Below, piece after piece: positions 48,863 through 57,069 of a stretch of 62,068 bases of DNA. The position numbers and the translations under genes are program-made. The stretch comes from a virus (lineage: Duplodnaviria > Caudoviricetes), in the IMG/VR virus record IMGVR_UViG_3300017989_000122, positions 1-62,068 of that record; one strand, written 5' to 3'. Below the pieces are notes generated by a model, which saw only the letters and a list, made by a program, of their open reading frames with translations, was not told the origin of the DNA and did not search any database. Every line of letters begins with the position of its first letter. Position 1 is the first letter of the stretch.

Positions 48863-49140
48863 GCCTCAATCTCCTGGGTGTGCACTAGATGACCGAGCAA
48901 TCCTATCTTGCCATAAACGACCTCGTTGTCGATTGGTGTCTGGCCAGCACTGCGCATTGCATAAACCATGCAAGCAGGGTTGCCGTCGCAAACCATCCAG
49001 GATTGACCAGAGACTCTGTCCCACCAATCCTCTACGACAAATTCACTGCCGCCAAAATCAGGAACCTGAAAGTGTTTGGCTTCTTTTTTGATGCGAACTG
49101 TTTTGCCAGCCATCGGATGCGGCTCTTTGTGGGTCATCAC
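48859..49140 (-). CDS. Hypothetical phage protein
   Basis: EDWWDRV...GNPAC...YGKIG; coupled to both neighbours. Confidence 0.65.
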   Translation of the reverse strand: MMTHKEPHPMAGKTVRIKKEAKHFQVPDFGGSEFVVEDWWDRVSGQSWMVCDGNPACMVYAMRSAGQTPIDNEVVYGKIGLLGHLVHTQEIEA

Positions 49141-50240
49141 TCATATCTCCTTCTGCGTTTGGGTTTAAGTGCTTCGTCTATCTCTTTCCAGGTCTTGCCG
49201 ACGAGTCGACGGACGCGGCGGTAAAAGTGTTTGTCCTTCTCCATCAGTTTGACCAGGGCCGCTGTCGTCCCGCTCTTGCCTTCCAGTACGATTTTCCCGC
49301 GCCGCTTTCTTACCTTCTTGTACTCCAGCAGGAAGTCAATCATGCTCGTATTGTCATCCACACCATAGTCATACAACAACGGGATTTCAATCTGGGAGTG
49401 GCGACCCGTAACTTTGTTCTTCGTTATCTTGACGATGGCACTGAGTCCAATGCTGTGGGACTTGCCACTGACTTTCAATTTCATCTTCTTGCCGACCGCC
49501 GTCCATATTTCATGTGTGGAATAGAATTGCAGTGCACGCCCTCCACTACGCCGTTTCTTGGCGAAGGTCATAGGATTGATGTTATCCCGCGTTTGACTGA
49601 TGACGATGAGGCATGAGCGGGTTCCTTTGAGTTTTCCTTTTATCATCCGCAGTAACTGGCTGGACTTCTTTGGCTTGGACATTCCCATGTCCCCAGCGGC
49701 TTTGGTTCCTTCGCGCCTCGCTTTCATCTGTGTTTGGACTTTTTCGATTTCCTCGTCACTGGTCAATGCGTCAAAGGAATCAAGTACATACAACAGCGGG
49801 ATTTCACTGTTAAGCTCGGCATCCAAGTTGGCATGGAAGTCCTGTACCGTGTCACTATAAAGTGGACTATCATCCAGTCCGGTAGCAGGCGGCCGTATCC
49901 GACTTGCGGTTGCCTCCCCGAACAAATGGGGCAGATTGAACTCCAGTGCCTGCTCTGCGTCATCATAGATGAGATTATAGTCGTCGAACTTCTCGTCGTG
50001 GGCCATCTCCGCGAACGCGGTCAATGCCAGTAACGTCTTCCCACTGGAACTATCACCGATGAGATTGACAATCTTGCCCAGCGGCCAACCACCATCGACG
50101 CGGTTGGACAGGGCAAGGTTCAACAAGGTGGAACCGGTGGGGATGAACCCGGGTGGTGAATCATCTTCCTTGACTGTCCTGGCTTTCAGGTCCCGCCTGA
50201 TTTGCTTGGACAACTTCGGTTTGGTAGTTCGACGTGCCAT
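49137..50240 (-). CDS. recA: RecA/UvsX-like recombinase
   Basis: IPTGSTLLNLAL, GDSSSGKT, DAE, LDS, SGGRALQFY, KNKV. Confidence 0.92.
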   Translation of the reverse strand: MARRTTKPKLSKQIRRDLKARTVKEDDSPPGFIPTGSTLLNLALSNRVDGGWPLGKIVNLIGDSSSGKTLLALTAFAEMAHDEKFDDYNLIYDDAEQALEFNLPHLFGEATASRIRPPATGLDDSPLYSDTVQDFHANLDAELNSEIPLLYVLDSFDALTSDEEIEKVQTQMKARREGTKAAGDMGMSKPKKSSQLLRMIKGKLKGTRSCLIVISQTRDNINPMTFAKKRRSGGRALQFYSTHEIWTAVGKKMKLKVSGKSHSIGLSAIVKITKNKVTGRHSQIEIPLLYDYGVDDNTSMIDFLLEYKKVRKRRGKIVLEGKSGTTAALVKLMEKDKHFYRRVRRLVGKTWKEIDEALKPKRRRRYE

Positions 50241-50260
50241 GACTCGCCTTTCAGTAAAGA

Positions 50261-50330
50261 GGTCGCCGAGGCATCATTTGTTAAGTGGGGAGCCACCCAA
50301 CCCACCAGAGGAGGTGACGCCCCGGCGACC
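50261..50330 (-). ncRNA. Structured intergenic RNA element with an anti-RBS loop (candidate sRNA)
   Basis: 16-bp stem that pairs fully only on the minus strand (two G-U pairs); loop begins CCUCCUCUGGUGGGUUGGGUGG. Confidence 0.45.
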
Positions 50331-50337
50331 GATGAGA

Positions 50338-51492
50338 CTACCTGCGCTTGCGTTTCTTGGTTTTTGTTTTCTTCTCATTAAGCCGGTCCTGCTCATCCTG
50401 GCAGGCCTCCCAGACACTGCAATCGTCGCACTGGCCTAGCTCGTTGCAATCATGGCCAAAGTTGCCTCCGTGGGGACACTGGCCTTCACCACCCTTCGTC
50501 CGACGGGACTTCTTTTTCTTCTTCGGCGGTTCCTCTTCCTCTTCCTCGTCCTCTTCCTCTTCCTCGTCCTCGTCCTCTTCCTCTTCCTCGTCCTCGTCCT
50601 CTTCCTCTTCCTCGTCCTCTTCCTCGTCCTCTTCCTCGTCCTCGTCATGGGCCGGACGCCTCTTCTTGCGAGTGCGGCGCGATTCCTCCTCCTCTTCTTC
50701 GGATTCCTCTTCCTCCTCGGCTTCCTCCTCGGCTTCCTCCTCTTCCTCGGCCTCGTTGCTTTCGCCAAGGAATATTGCCTCCAGCTTGTCGTAGGGAAGG
50801 ACGTTCAGCAGTTCATCGAGGTCCTGGGACTCGTCAAGGATTTCCTCGCCGTGCTCCTCGTCGCGGTCCTTGAAGTCGATTCGGGTGCACTCCAAATATG
50901 ACCTGGTGCCGAGCGATTCCTCCGTGAATCGCAGGCGGAGGGTTTTACCACCGCTGAGTTCGGCGAACCCATACGCGTCATCATCCTCGTCCAGATTGCG
51001 GAGTTCCTCTTCCAGCTTGCGACCGAATAGGTAAGTACTCACCTCCCATAACTGGACACCCTTGTCCGGGTCATCCACGTCGATGACATTGAACAGTTCG
51101 CGTTCCTTGGGACGGAGTGCCTTGATAGCATCTTCGTCTGCGTCCGAACGACGCTGCATCTCACTCCTCGCCTTGCAAATCGGGCACGGTTTTCCGACAG
51201 TTTTCGGGCAGAGGTAGGCCGACTCGTCGACACCAATGCCGAAGTGGACGAGGATGGTCCGCTGGTACCACAACTCACCCTTCTTGACTTCGGGATGATT
51301 ACTGACCGACACCTTATAGGGAACGATGTCGATGTTGTTGCGTCCGGCCTTCGGTCGCCAGAATGCCGTTCCTTCTTGGGCGTTGATGTAGTTACTGCCG
51401 CCGCCACGACTTGCGTTGCGTTCGGCCCGTTCACGCGCCTTCTTCGCCATACTGCTCTGGCGCTGTTTCTTACTCGTCCTCTTCTTTACCAT
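50338..51492 (-). CDS. T4 gp32-like single-stranded DNA-binding protein with acidic tract and Cys-rich C-terminus
   Basis: HFG...CPKTVGKPCPIC, LFNVID; long Glu/Asp tract; between uvsY-like gene and recA. Confidence 0.75.
   Translation of the reverse strand: MVKKRTSKKQRQSSMAKKARERAERNASRGGGSNYINAQEGTAFWRPKAGRNNIDIVPYKVSVSNHPEVKKGELWYQRTILVHFGIGVDESAYLCPKTVGKPCPICKARSEMQRRSDADEDAIKALRPKERELFNVIDVDDPDKGVQLWEVSTYLFGRKLEEELRNLDEDDDAYGFAELSGGKTLRLRFTEESLGTRSYLECTRIDFKDRDEEHGEEILDESQDLDELLNVLPYDKLEAIFLGESNEAEEEEEAEEEAEEEEESEEEEEESRRTRKKRRPAHDEDEEEDEEEDEEEEEDEDEEEEEDEDEEEEEDEEEEEEPPKKKKKSRRTKGGEGQCPHGGNFGHDCNELGQCDDCSVWEACQDEQDRLNEKKTKTKKRKRR
50535..50752. repeat. Low-complexity (TCC/TCT/TCG)n tandem repeats encoding poly-Glu/Asp
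   Basis: Visible in sequence. Confidence 0.9.
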
Positions 51493-51646
51493 CGTCCATA
51501 CTCCTTAAATCTGGTTGTTGCATTTCTTTCATCTGTCGCTTGGTGATAATCACTGCCGCCGTGATTACTTTGGCTAGAATATAAGCCAATACCGGGAGGA
51601 TAAAAAGTCCCATCAGTACCAGTAATATCCAGCCGAGTAGATTCAT
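51470..51646 (-). CDS. 58-aa membrane protein (below ORF-track cutoff)
   Basis: MNLLGWILLVLMGLFILPVLAYILAKVITAAVII...; GGAGG RBS. Confidence 0.6.
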   Translation of the reverse strand: MNLLGWILLVLMGLFILPVLAYILAKVITAAVIITKRQMKEMQQPDLRSMDDGKEEDE

Positions 51647-51647
51647 A

Positions 51648-52130
51648 TTACCTCCTCCTCATTCGCTTGCGTACTCCCTTTCTCACTCCACTTCGTCGTT
51701 GATTCTCCAACAACTCCTCGTTCAGGTCACGAGGGGTCGAGGGGCCTGCGAAGTATTGCTGGCCATGAAGCTGGACCAACATCTCCAGTGCCTTCTTCTT
51801 GTGGTCGAGGGCACGGACGACCGCGTTGATGGTATCGACCTCGTGGGTCGCCTCGATGACTTCCTCATTGGCGGCAAGGAATCGCTCTTCCAGTTTGATT
51901 GCGTTGGAGAGTGCAGATTCGGTCACCTTTTCCAGACCGAACTTCTCCGGCTTCAGTCGCATCTCCTTGTCGAGTTCGGCCATGACGATGTCACGACGTT
52001 CCTTGGCGCGGTCGACTTCCGCCTTGGCGTCTGCCAGTTTCTCGCACCACTCACCCATCAGGGCTGGCTGGTTCACCCACTCGACATCGAGTGCGCTCGC
52101 ATTGATGGCAATGCTGTCCTTCACGTTCAT
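51648..52130 (-). CDS. UvsY-like recombination mediator
   Basis: Helical, KVTESAL motif, ALDHKKKAL; next to SSB and RecA. Confidence 0.6.
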   Translation of the reverse strand: MNVKDSIAINASALDVEWVNQPALMGEWCEKLADAKAEVDRAKERRDIVMAELDKEMRLKPEKFGLEKVTESALSNAIKLEERFLAANEEVIEATHEVDTINAVVRALDHKKKALEMLVQLHGQQYFAGPSTPRDLNEELLENQRRSGVRKGVRKRMRRR

Positions 52131-52168
52131 TGTTCTTCCTCCTCTTCTGGATTATATATAGATACCGG

Positions 52169-53092
52169 TCAATCCGGCATTTCTGAATAGACCTCGGTGC
52201 ATAATCCTACGAGCCCATCGAAACCGCTGTCGTAAACATTTTCTTTGAATACTGACATGACAAAGGCGGCCTGTGGGTCGAGTTTGTCATTGTTAAGAAC
52301 GACCGTGCGGCAGTAGCCCATAATTGCCCGGCGTGTTTTCTCCGGGTCCTCCTTTTGAAGCCCGTTGAGTATGGTGGCAATTGTTTTCCATGGTGCCCGT
52401 TTGAAAAGGGCGCGGCAGAGTTCGATGACTTGGTTAGCCCTCTCCGCCTGCCGCGCCGCTGTCTTCAACATCCGCTTGGGAGGAAGGTCGATTATCTTTT
52501 CCAGTACCACCAGTGCCTGGCGAGCCGAGCCCATCGCATCGGTGGCGACTTGTCGTGCCACCTCCTCCGGCAAGTCCTTGCCCTCACTATGGGCCACCTC
52601 GCGCAGTAGCCGCTCCATCCGACGTCGGGGCAGGGGTGACCAAGAAAATTCAGTGCAGCGGGTGCGAATGGTAGGGAGGAGTTTATCCGGGTCAGTCGTG
52701 GCCAGGATGAAGTAACAATGGGATGGTGGGTCCTCCAGTGCCTTCAGTAAGGCATTCTGGGCGTCCTTGGTCAACTGGTGGCACTCATCCAACAACCATA
52801 CACGGACTTTGCCTTCCACCGGACTCAGCTGGGAGTTGTGCCGGATATCACGGATGGTATCGACACCACGGAAGTCCGCACTATCAATTTCCTTATAGTC
52901 CAGGTTGCCACAGCCCAACTCACGCCGGACGATTCTCGCGGCGGTGGTCTTGCCGGTGCCGCTCGGGCCGGTCATCAGGAAGGCGTGGGGGATATCTGGC
53001 TTGCTCAACGTAGCCTCCAGGGCAGCAAGCGTGTCGCGATTGCCCATCATCTCCTCGAGCGACTGTGGTCGATACTTGTTATATAGGCTCAT
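52169..53092 (-). CDS. Clamp loader (DnaX gamma/tau-like AAA+)
   Basis: KYRPQ, GPSGTGKTT, LDECH, QNALLKALEDP, TIRTRC, GSAR. Confidence 0.92.
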   Translation of the reverse strand: MSLYNKYRPQSLEEMMGNRDTLAALEATLSKPDIPHAFLMTGPSGTGKTTAARIVRRELGCGNLDYKEIDSADFRGVDTIRDIRHNSQLSPVEGKVRVWLLDECHQLTKDAQNALLKALEDPPSHCYFILATTDPDKLLPTIRTRCTEFSWSPLPRRRMERLLREVAHSEGKDLPEEVARQVATDAMGSARQALVVLEKIIDLPPKRMLKTAARQAERANQVIELCRALFKRAPWKTIATILNGLQKEDPEKTRRAIMGYCRTVVLNNDKLDPQAAFVMSVFKENVYDSGFDGLVGLCTEVYSEMPD

Positions 53093-53346
53093 TCCTTTTC
53101 TTCTCCCTTGATTCGGGCGATGACTTTAGGTATAAAACAACTATCACACTCGTTTGCTCCGTTAGTTCGACATTCTGCACAACCCTTTTCGATTTCCCTG
53201 ACGCACCGCTCGATGGCGGCGGCTTCTCCGGCTCGGTAGGCTTTTTCCGCAATTCTTACGGCTTCACCTTCCTTATGATAGTCTGGTTGTTTTTCCGCCC
53301 AATCAAAGATGTCTTTGAATGTATTAGGCTTCAACTGGTCACTCAT
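53089..53346 (-). CDS. Hypothetical protein
   Basis: GGAGG RBS; CxxC...CxxC. Confidence 0.55.
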   Translation of the reverse strand: MSDQLKPNTFKDIFDWAEKQPDYHKEGEAVRIAEKAYRAGEAAAIERCVREIEKGCAECRTNGANECDSCFIPKVIARIKGEEKE

Positions 53347-53653
53347 CGCTCACCTCCTCTCCAACGCGGCATGGGGCGGACGTCCCACCGCCCATGCCAT
53401 TGTTGGCCTTCTCGTCTTCGGCTTCCACGGCGTCTGCAAACGGCATCCATATCTCATCCGGTATATCGAATCCGGGGACCGTACAGGCCGGGCTTTCGAG
53501 GTACTCCTTGAGGGCCACGGAAGCGGCCAACAAAGAAATGCTAGGGACCGAACAAGGAGGTGGACTGTACGCCGCCTCCCTGCATCCAAAGCACTGCCAC
53601 GACCCCGGCGCGTCTGCCGTTGTCAACTCGGTTCCGCATGTCGCGCATTTCAT
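53339..53653 (-). CDS. Hypothetical Zn-ribbon protein starting inside attC-like site 2
   Basis: CATCG...CFGC; ATGA overlap with the upstream gene. Confidence 0.55.
   Translation of the reverse strand: MKCATCGTELTTADAPGSWQCFGCREAAYSPPPCSVPSISLLAASVALKEYLESPACTVPGFDIPDEIWMPFADAVEAEDEKANNGMGGGTSAPCRVGEEVSDE
53359..53408 (+). mobile_element. attC-like recombination hairpin 1 (short)
   Basis: CTCCAAC-GC-GGCATG[G]GGCGG...CCGCCCATGCC-ATT-GTTGGCC. Confidence 0.5.
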
Positions 53654-53677
53654 CGACAGTCACCTCCGGCGTTCGGC
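53547..53677 (+). mobile_element. attC-like recombination hairpin 2
   Basis: ACCGAAC-AA-GGAGGT[G]GACTGT[A]CG...CGACAGTCACCTCC-GGC-GTTCGGC. Confidence 0.7.
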
Positions 53678-53892
53678 GATTTTAGTCTGAACGTCTTGTG
53701 ACAATACCGACACGATGCACGGTCGTAGTCCTTCCATCCTAAGGCATGGGCATGACCGGCGTACCCAAGCCCCTTCCTGCCACATGCAGGGCAAACCTCA
53801 CGCGCCGCCCGCAGCTTCGCCGGACAAAGCCTCGGAGGCGACGTGCTAAGGTCCGCGCCCGACCCATCCGTCTTGGTCTGTCCATCACTCAT
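53650..53892 (-). CDS. Hypothetical Zn-ribbon protein spanning attC-like sites 3 to 2
   Basis: GGAGG RBS and ATG lie in the hairpin-3 loop; CPACG...CRYC. Confidence 0.6.
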   Translation of the reverse strand: MSDGQTKTDGSGADLSTSPPRLCPAKLRAAREVCPACGRKGLGYAGHAHALGWKDYDRASCRYCHKTFRLKSPNAGGDCR

Positions 53893-53948
53893 CGCCCGGT
53901 CCTCCGTTGTTGGTTGTTTCAGCACGCGCCTCAAGGCTGGCGTTCGCA
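53819..53948 (+). mobile_element. attC-like recombination hairpin 3
   Basis: GCCGGAC-AA-AGCCTC[G]GAGGCG[A]CGTGCT...AGCACGCGCCTCAAGGCT-GGC-GTTCGCA. Confidence 0.65.
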
Positions 53949-53969
53949 ATGCTTTCTGGCTTCAACTGG

Positions 53970-54470
53970 TCAGGCATCGGTGTGCTCCTTTGGTTGCTTA
54001 TCCAGCGGGAATCGTGGGTCTATTCCCAAAGGGTTAAGTGGCCCAAATCTACATTCTTCACAACTGATATCCCCAGAAAATTCATGCTCGCAGTCATAGT
54101 CATAGCCATCGGTGGGGTTGCCGCAAGTATATCCCAGACAACGGGCAGGAGCGTCATGACCCCTCGGCGTGTCAGATTGCTCACACTCATCGGGTGGCTG
54201 GAAGTCGGGCGCGATGCGGTAGATACCTTCTGGACGTTCTGTTCTCTCGCAAAGCGAAAAATGTTTTACTGTCTTGCAATAAGATACCGTTTGACTGTGG
54301 CGTAGAACATCCACCTCTTCATCTGACAGAAACATTCTTGCTCTTTCATTCTCCTTCAACCTCTCGCAGATTTCCCTGCGCTCCGGCGTCCACCATGATG
54401 CAGGTTTCATTCCGTCTCTCCTTTTAATAAGCATGGCATCCGTTCTCGGCGTATCGCTATCGCTCATCAT
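53970..54470 (-). CDS. Hypothetical mosaic protein
   Basis: ATGA-coupled to polA; SDTPR motif occurs twice; C-terminal Cys cluster. Confidence 0.55.
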   Translation of the reverse strand: MMSDSDTPRTDAMLIKRRDGMKPASWWTPERREICERLKENERARMFLSDEEVDVLRHSQTVSYCKTVKHFSLCERTERPEGIYRIAPDFQPPDECEQSDTPRGHDAPARCLGYTCGNPTDGYDYDCEHEFSGDISCEECRFGPLNPLGIDPRFPLDKQPKEHTDA

Positions 54471-55828
54471 CCTCCCTCCATACTGAATTTCTCTTTCGCG
54501 TGCCAAGATTCTCCCGGCGGTGACAGCTCGACTTCGATTTCCAGTGGTGTAATAATCCACGACCATGCCTTACGGATGTCCTCGGTCATCACCTGTTCCA
54601 ATATTCCAACAATTTCTGGTATGTGCCTCGGTCGCACGTCCATCACGATTGAGTCATGGATTTGCCCGACGATGCAACGCGGTAGGCCCCTCGACCTCAG
54701 TCCAGCATGGATGTGAATCAGCGACCAGAGCAAGCAATGGAACGCCGCCCCCTGCACCGGGTAGTTGATACAGTCATTCCTGCTCATCAGATTGGAACAA
54801 CGAAACCCGGTTTTGCCTTCGATGAACCCCCGCTTCAAATATTGGGCGTACCAGTCCCGCCTCCATTGGTCATATACCCTGAACCGCCGCCAGAAGTTGG
54901 CTTCAACTTTTGCAATATGCTTTGTGAAGTCTATCAGGTTCCTAATTCCTTTTTTCATCAAGTGCTTCTTCAATGGGACTCCACTTTTGCTTTTCAAGTC
55001 CATCAACTCAATCGCGTTCCATAGTTCCGGTGCACAATCTTCGTAGTACGAACCATAGAACTGTGGGAATACAAACTTATTCTTACCACAGTATCGGATG
55101 TCGGAAGTCATTTCCTCCAATGGAAGGATGTAGCAGTTCGCCGCCTCATCACGATGTAAGTCCTTCGTCGGGTCCTTAATGTAATCCAGCATCAACGGGT
55201 CATGGTGATAGCAAGTCGCTACACGCACTTCGGCTCCATCGTAGTCGCTTTCGAGGAATTGCCGCCCTTTACGTGGGATGAAACATCGCCGGATGGTGCG
55301 CCCCTGTTCCTTGTCACGGATGGGCATGTTCTGGAAACTCGGATTGCTGGCCGATGACCGATACGTGCGGACAAAGTTCAGGGGAAAGTGTGGATGGATG
55401 AATCCGTCGACCATCTCCCGTTCGATTTGTACCAGGTACTGGATTGACTTCTGATGCTTCCGCATCTTGAGTAGGTCGGCGAGGAAGGGAACCTCCTTGG
55501 CCAGCACTTGCAAGCTGGCGGCGTCGACTCTCGGATTGCCTTTCTTCGTATGGTCGACCGGCTTCACACCCAGTTCCTTGAATAGAATCACAGTCAACTG
55601 TGGACCGGAGTCCAGATTCATGTCATCGCCGTATCGCTTCTTCCACTTATGTACACCCTTACTGGCCATCACTTCCCTGCGTGCCCTGTGCATCTTCCGG
55701 CGCGTCCTACGTAGTTGCGTTTGGAGGTATTCTTCGTCAATACGGATACCGAAGTTACTTACATCGGATAATGTCCGTACCCCTTGCAACATGAAATGAT
55801 TGAAGTCGGATAGTCGACTATGCTTCAT
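54467..55828 (-). CDS. Family A DNA polymerase, polymerase domain (split gene)
   Basis: Motif A DYDGAEVR, motif B R...K..F..FYG, NYPVQG, motif C IHDS. Confidence 0.93.
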   Translation of the reverse strand: MKHSRLSDFNHFMLQGVRTLSDVSNFGIRIDEEYLQTQLRRTRRKMHRARREVMASKGVHKWKKRYGDDMNLDSGPQLTVILFKELGVKPVDHTKKGNPRVDAASLQVLAKEVPFLADLLKMRKHQKSIQYLVQIEREMVDGFIHPHFPLNFVRTYRSSASNPSFQNMPIRDKEQGRTIRRCFIPRKGRQFLESDYDGAEVRVATCYHHDPLMLDYIKDPTKDLHRDEAANCYILPLEEMTSDIRYCGKNKFVFPQFYGSYYEDCAPELWNAIELMDLKSKSGVPLKKHLMKKGIRNLIDFTKHIAKVEANFWRRFRVYDQWRRDWYAQYLKRGFIEGKTGFRCSNLMSRNDCINYPVQGAAFHCLLWSLIHIHAGLRSRGLPRCIVGQIHDSIVMDVRPRHIPEIVGILEQVMTEDIRKAWSWIITPLEIEVELSPPGESWHAKEKFSMEGG

Positions 55829-57069
55829 CGTTCCAACTCCCTCATTTGTGCATAAGCCAGGCGATGTTCCAACAACGCATCCATACCACAGTAAAGCAGT
55901 AGGTCGTCCATCGGTGCCTTGTCGATGGTATTAAAGGCGTTCGCCCCATCCTCCTTGCTTTCCAGAAACTTTGCCACACTTTTGTTGTAGTCGAAGATTC
56001 CCCATCGTCTAGCCGCCTGGAACTTGACTGATGTAATATTCGGTCGATTATCCAGGATGTGTGCCGCGAGAACAGTATCCCATATCCAGTTCCTTGGCTC
56101 GACGCCCAGGATGACTCGTGACCACTCATTCTCAAACGCGATATTGGCTGCAATCTTTTCGATGTCAGGATTTGCCATCAGTCGGGCAACTGTTTTTTGA
56201 ACGCGGCCGTCATTCATTGGGAAGGCCCACGCACCATCGACCGATGGACTGACGGCACAGGTTACAATGCGGTGGCCCTCCGCGTGGGGTTTGATGCCGG
56301 TCGTTTCGTAGTCAATGGTAATTCGGTCGCCGGCTTTGATACTACGAAGGCACTCGATGATTTCCCGTGGTTCCATCAGTCGCTTGATACAATCCTGTGC
56401 CACTATCATCTTCGGCAACTGTGATTTCTGTTTTGCCAGCCGCGCCACCAGCTTGATATCATCCTGGACTTGTAGGGTTGCCGGGTCGGTGGTCTTGCCA
56501 CGCCGTAGGAGGAACGCCGGATGGTAGGTGGCAACGAACCAACATCCCCGCTCATAGTCTGGAACCGCATAGCCGCGCCAGCGACTGATGCCTCCCAGTT
56601 CCTTACGCCAGCGGCCATCCATCCAGGCGGTCAACGCGACATTGCCGACCAGCAGTACGACCCGGGGTTTTAGTTCTTGGACTTCGCGCAACCAAAACTC
56701 CTTACAGGTTTTGATTTCCCGTCCGGTCGGCGTCCGATTGTTAGGCGGACGGCAGCGGATGGCATTGGTGCGCCAGCAGTCCATATCCATATTGAGGCCG
56801 GCTCGCCTCATCATCTGCCGAAGGAGGGCCCCAGAACCGCCCACCAAGGGCACCCCCTGGGCATCCTCGGCAGAACCCGGGGCTTCGGCCATGATGAGCA
56901 GTCGATGCCGTCCTTTGCCGTAGTGAGGCATCTTCGGCGAGTGGCATCCGGTCAAGAGTGTGCATGACTCGCCGCAGGTCAGGCGAGCCGCCCGTGGCGT
57001 CCTGGCCTTCCTCGTCCCGGTGCGCCGCTTGGCCTTTTTCGGGAGTTTGAAGAATCCGGTTCCCATCAC
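55825..57069 (-). CDS. Family-4 uracil-DNA glycosylase-like domain + 3'-5' exonuclease (SPO1-type PolA N-terminal half)
   Basis: AEAPG, NAIRCRPPNNRTP, TYHPA; ExoI DYETTG, WDT, ExoIII YCGMD. Confidence 0.88.
   Translation of the reverse strand: MMGTGFFKLPKKAKRRTGTRKARTPRAARLTCGESCTLLTGCHSPKMPHYGKGRHRLLIMAEAPGSAEDAQGVPLVGGSGALLRQMMRRAGLNMDMDCWRTNAIRCRPPNNRTPTGREIKTCKEFWLREVQELKPRVVLLVGNVALTAWMDGRWRKELGGISRWRGYAVPDYERGCWFVATYHPAFLLRRGKTTDPATLQVQDDIKLVARLAKQKSQLPKMIVAQDCIKRLMEPREIIECLRSIKAGDRITIDYETTGIKPHAEGHRIVTCAVSPSVDGAWAFPMNDGRVQKTVARLMANPDIEKIAANIAFENEWSRVILGVEPRNWIWDTVLAAHILDNRPNITSVKFQAARRWGIFDYNKSVAKFLESKEDGANAFNTIDKAPMDDLLLYCGMDALLEHRLAYAQMRELER

Larger units (their letters stand above)
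53327..53972. repeat. 15-bp direct repeat bracketing the attC-like array (53327-53341 and 53958-53972)
   Basis: GGCTTCAACTGGTCA twice; both copies encode an M-x-DQLKP start on the minus strand. Confidence 0.8.

Noticed and set aside
50348-50901. Poly-Ser and poly-Phe/Leu ORFs
   Set aside because: Antisense readings of the SSB poly-Glu/Asp repeat.
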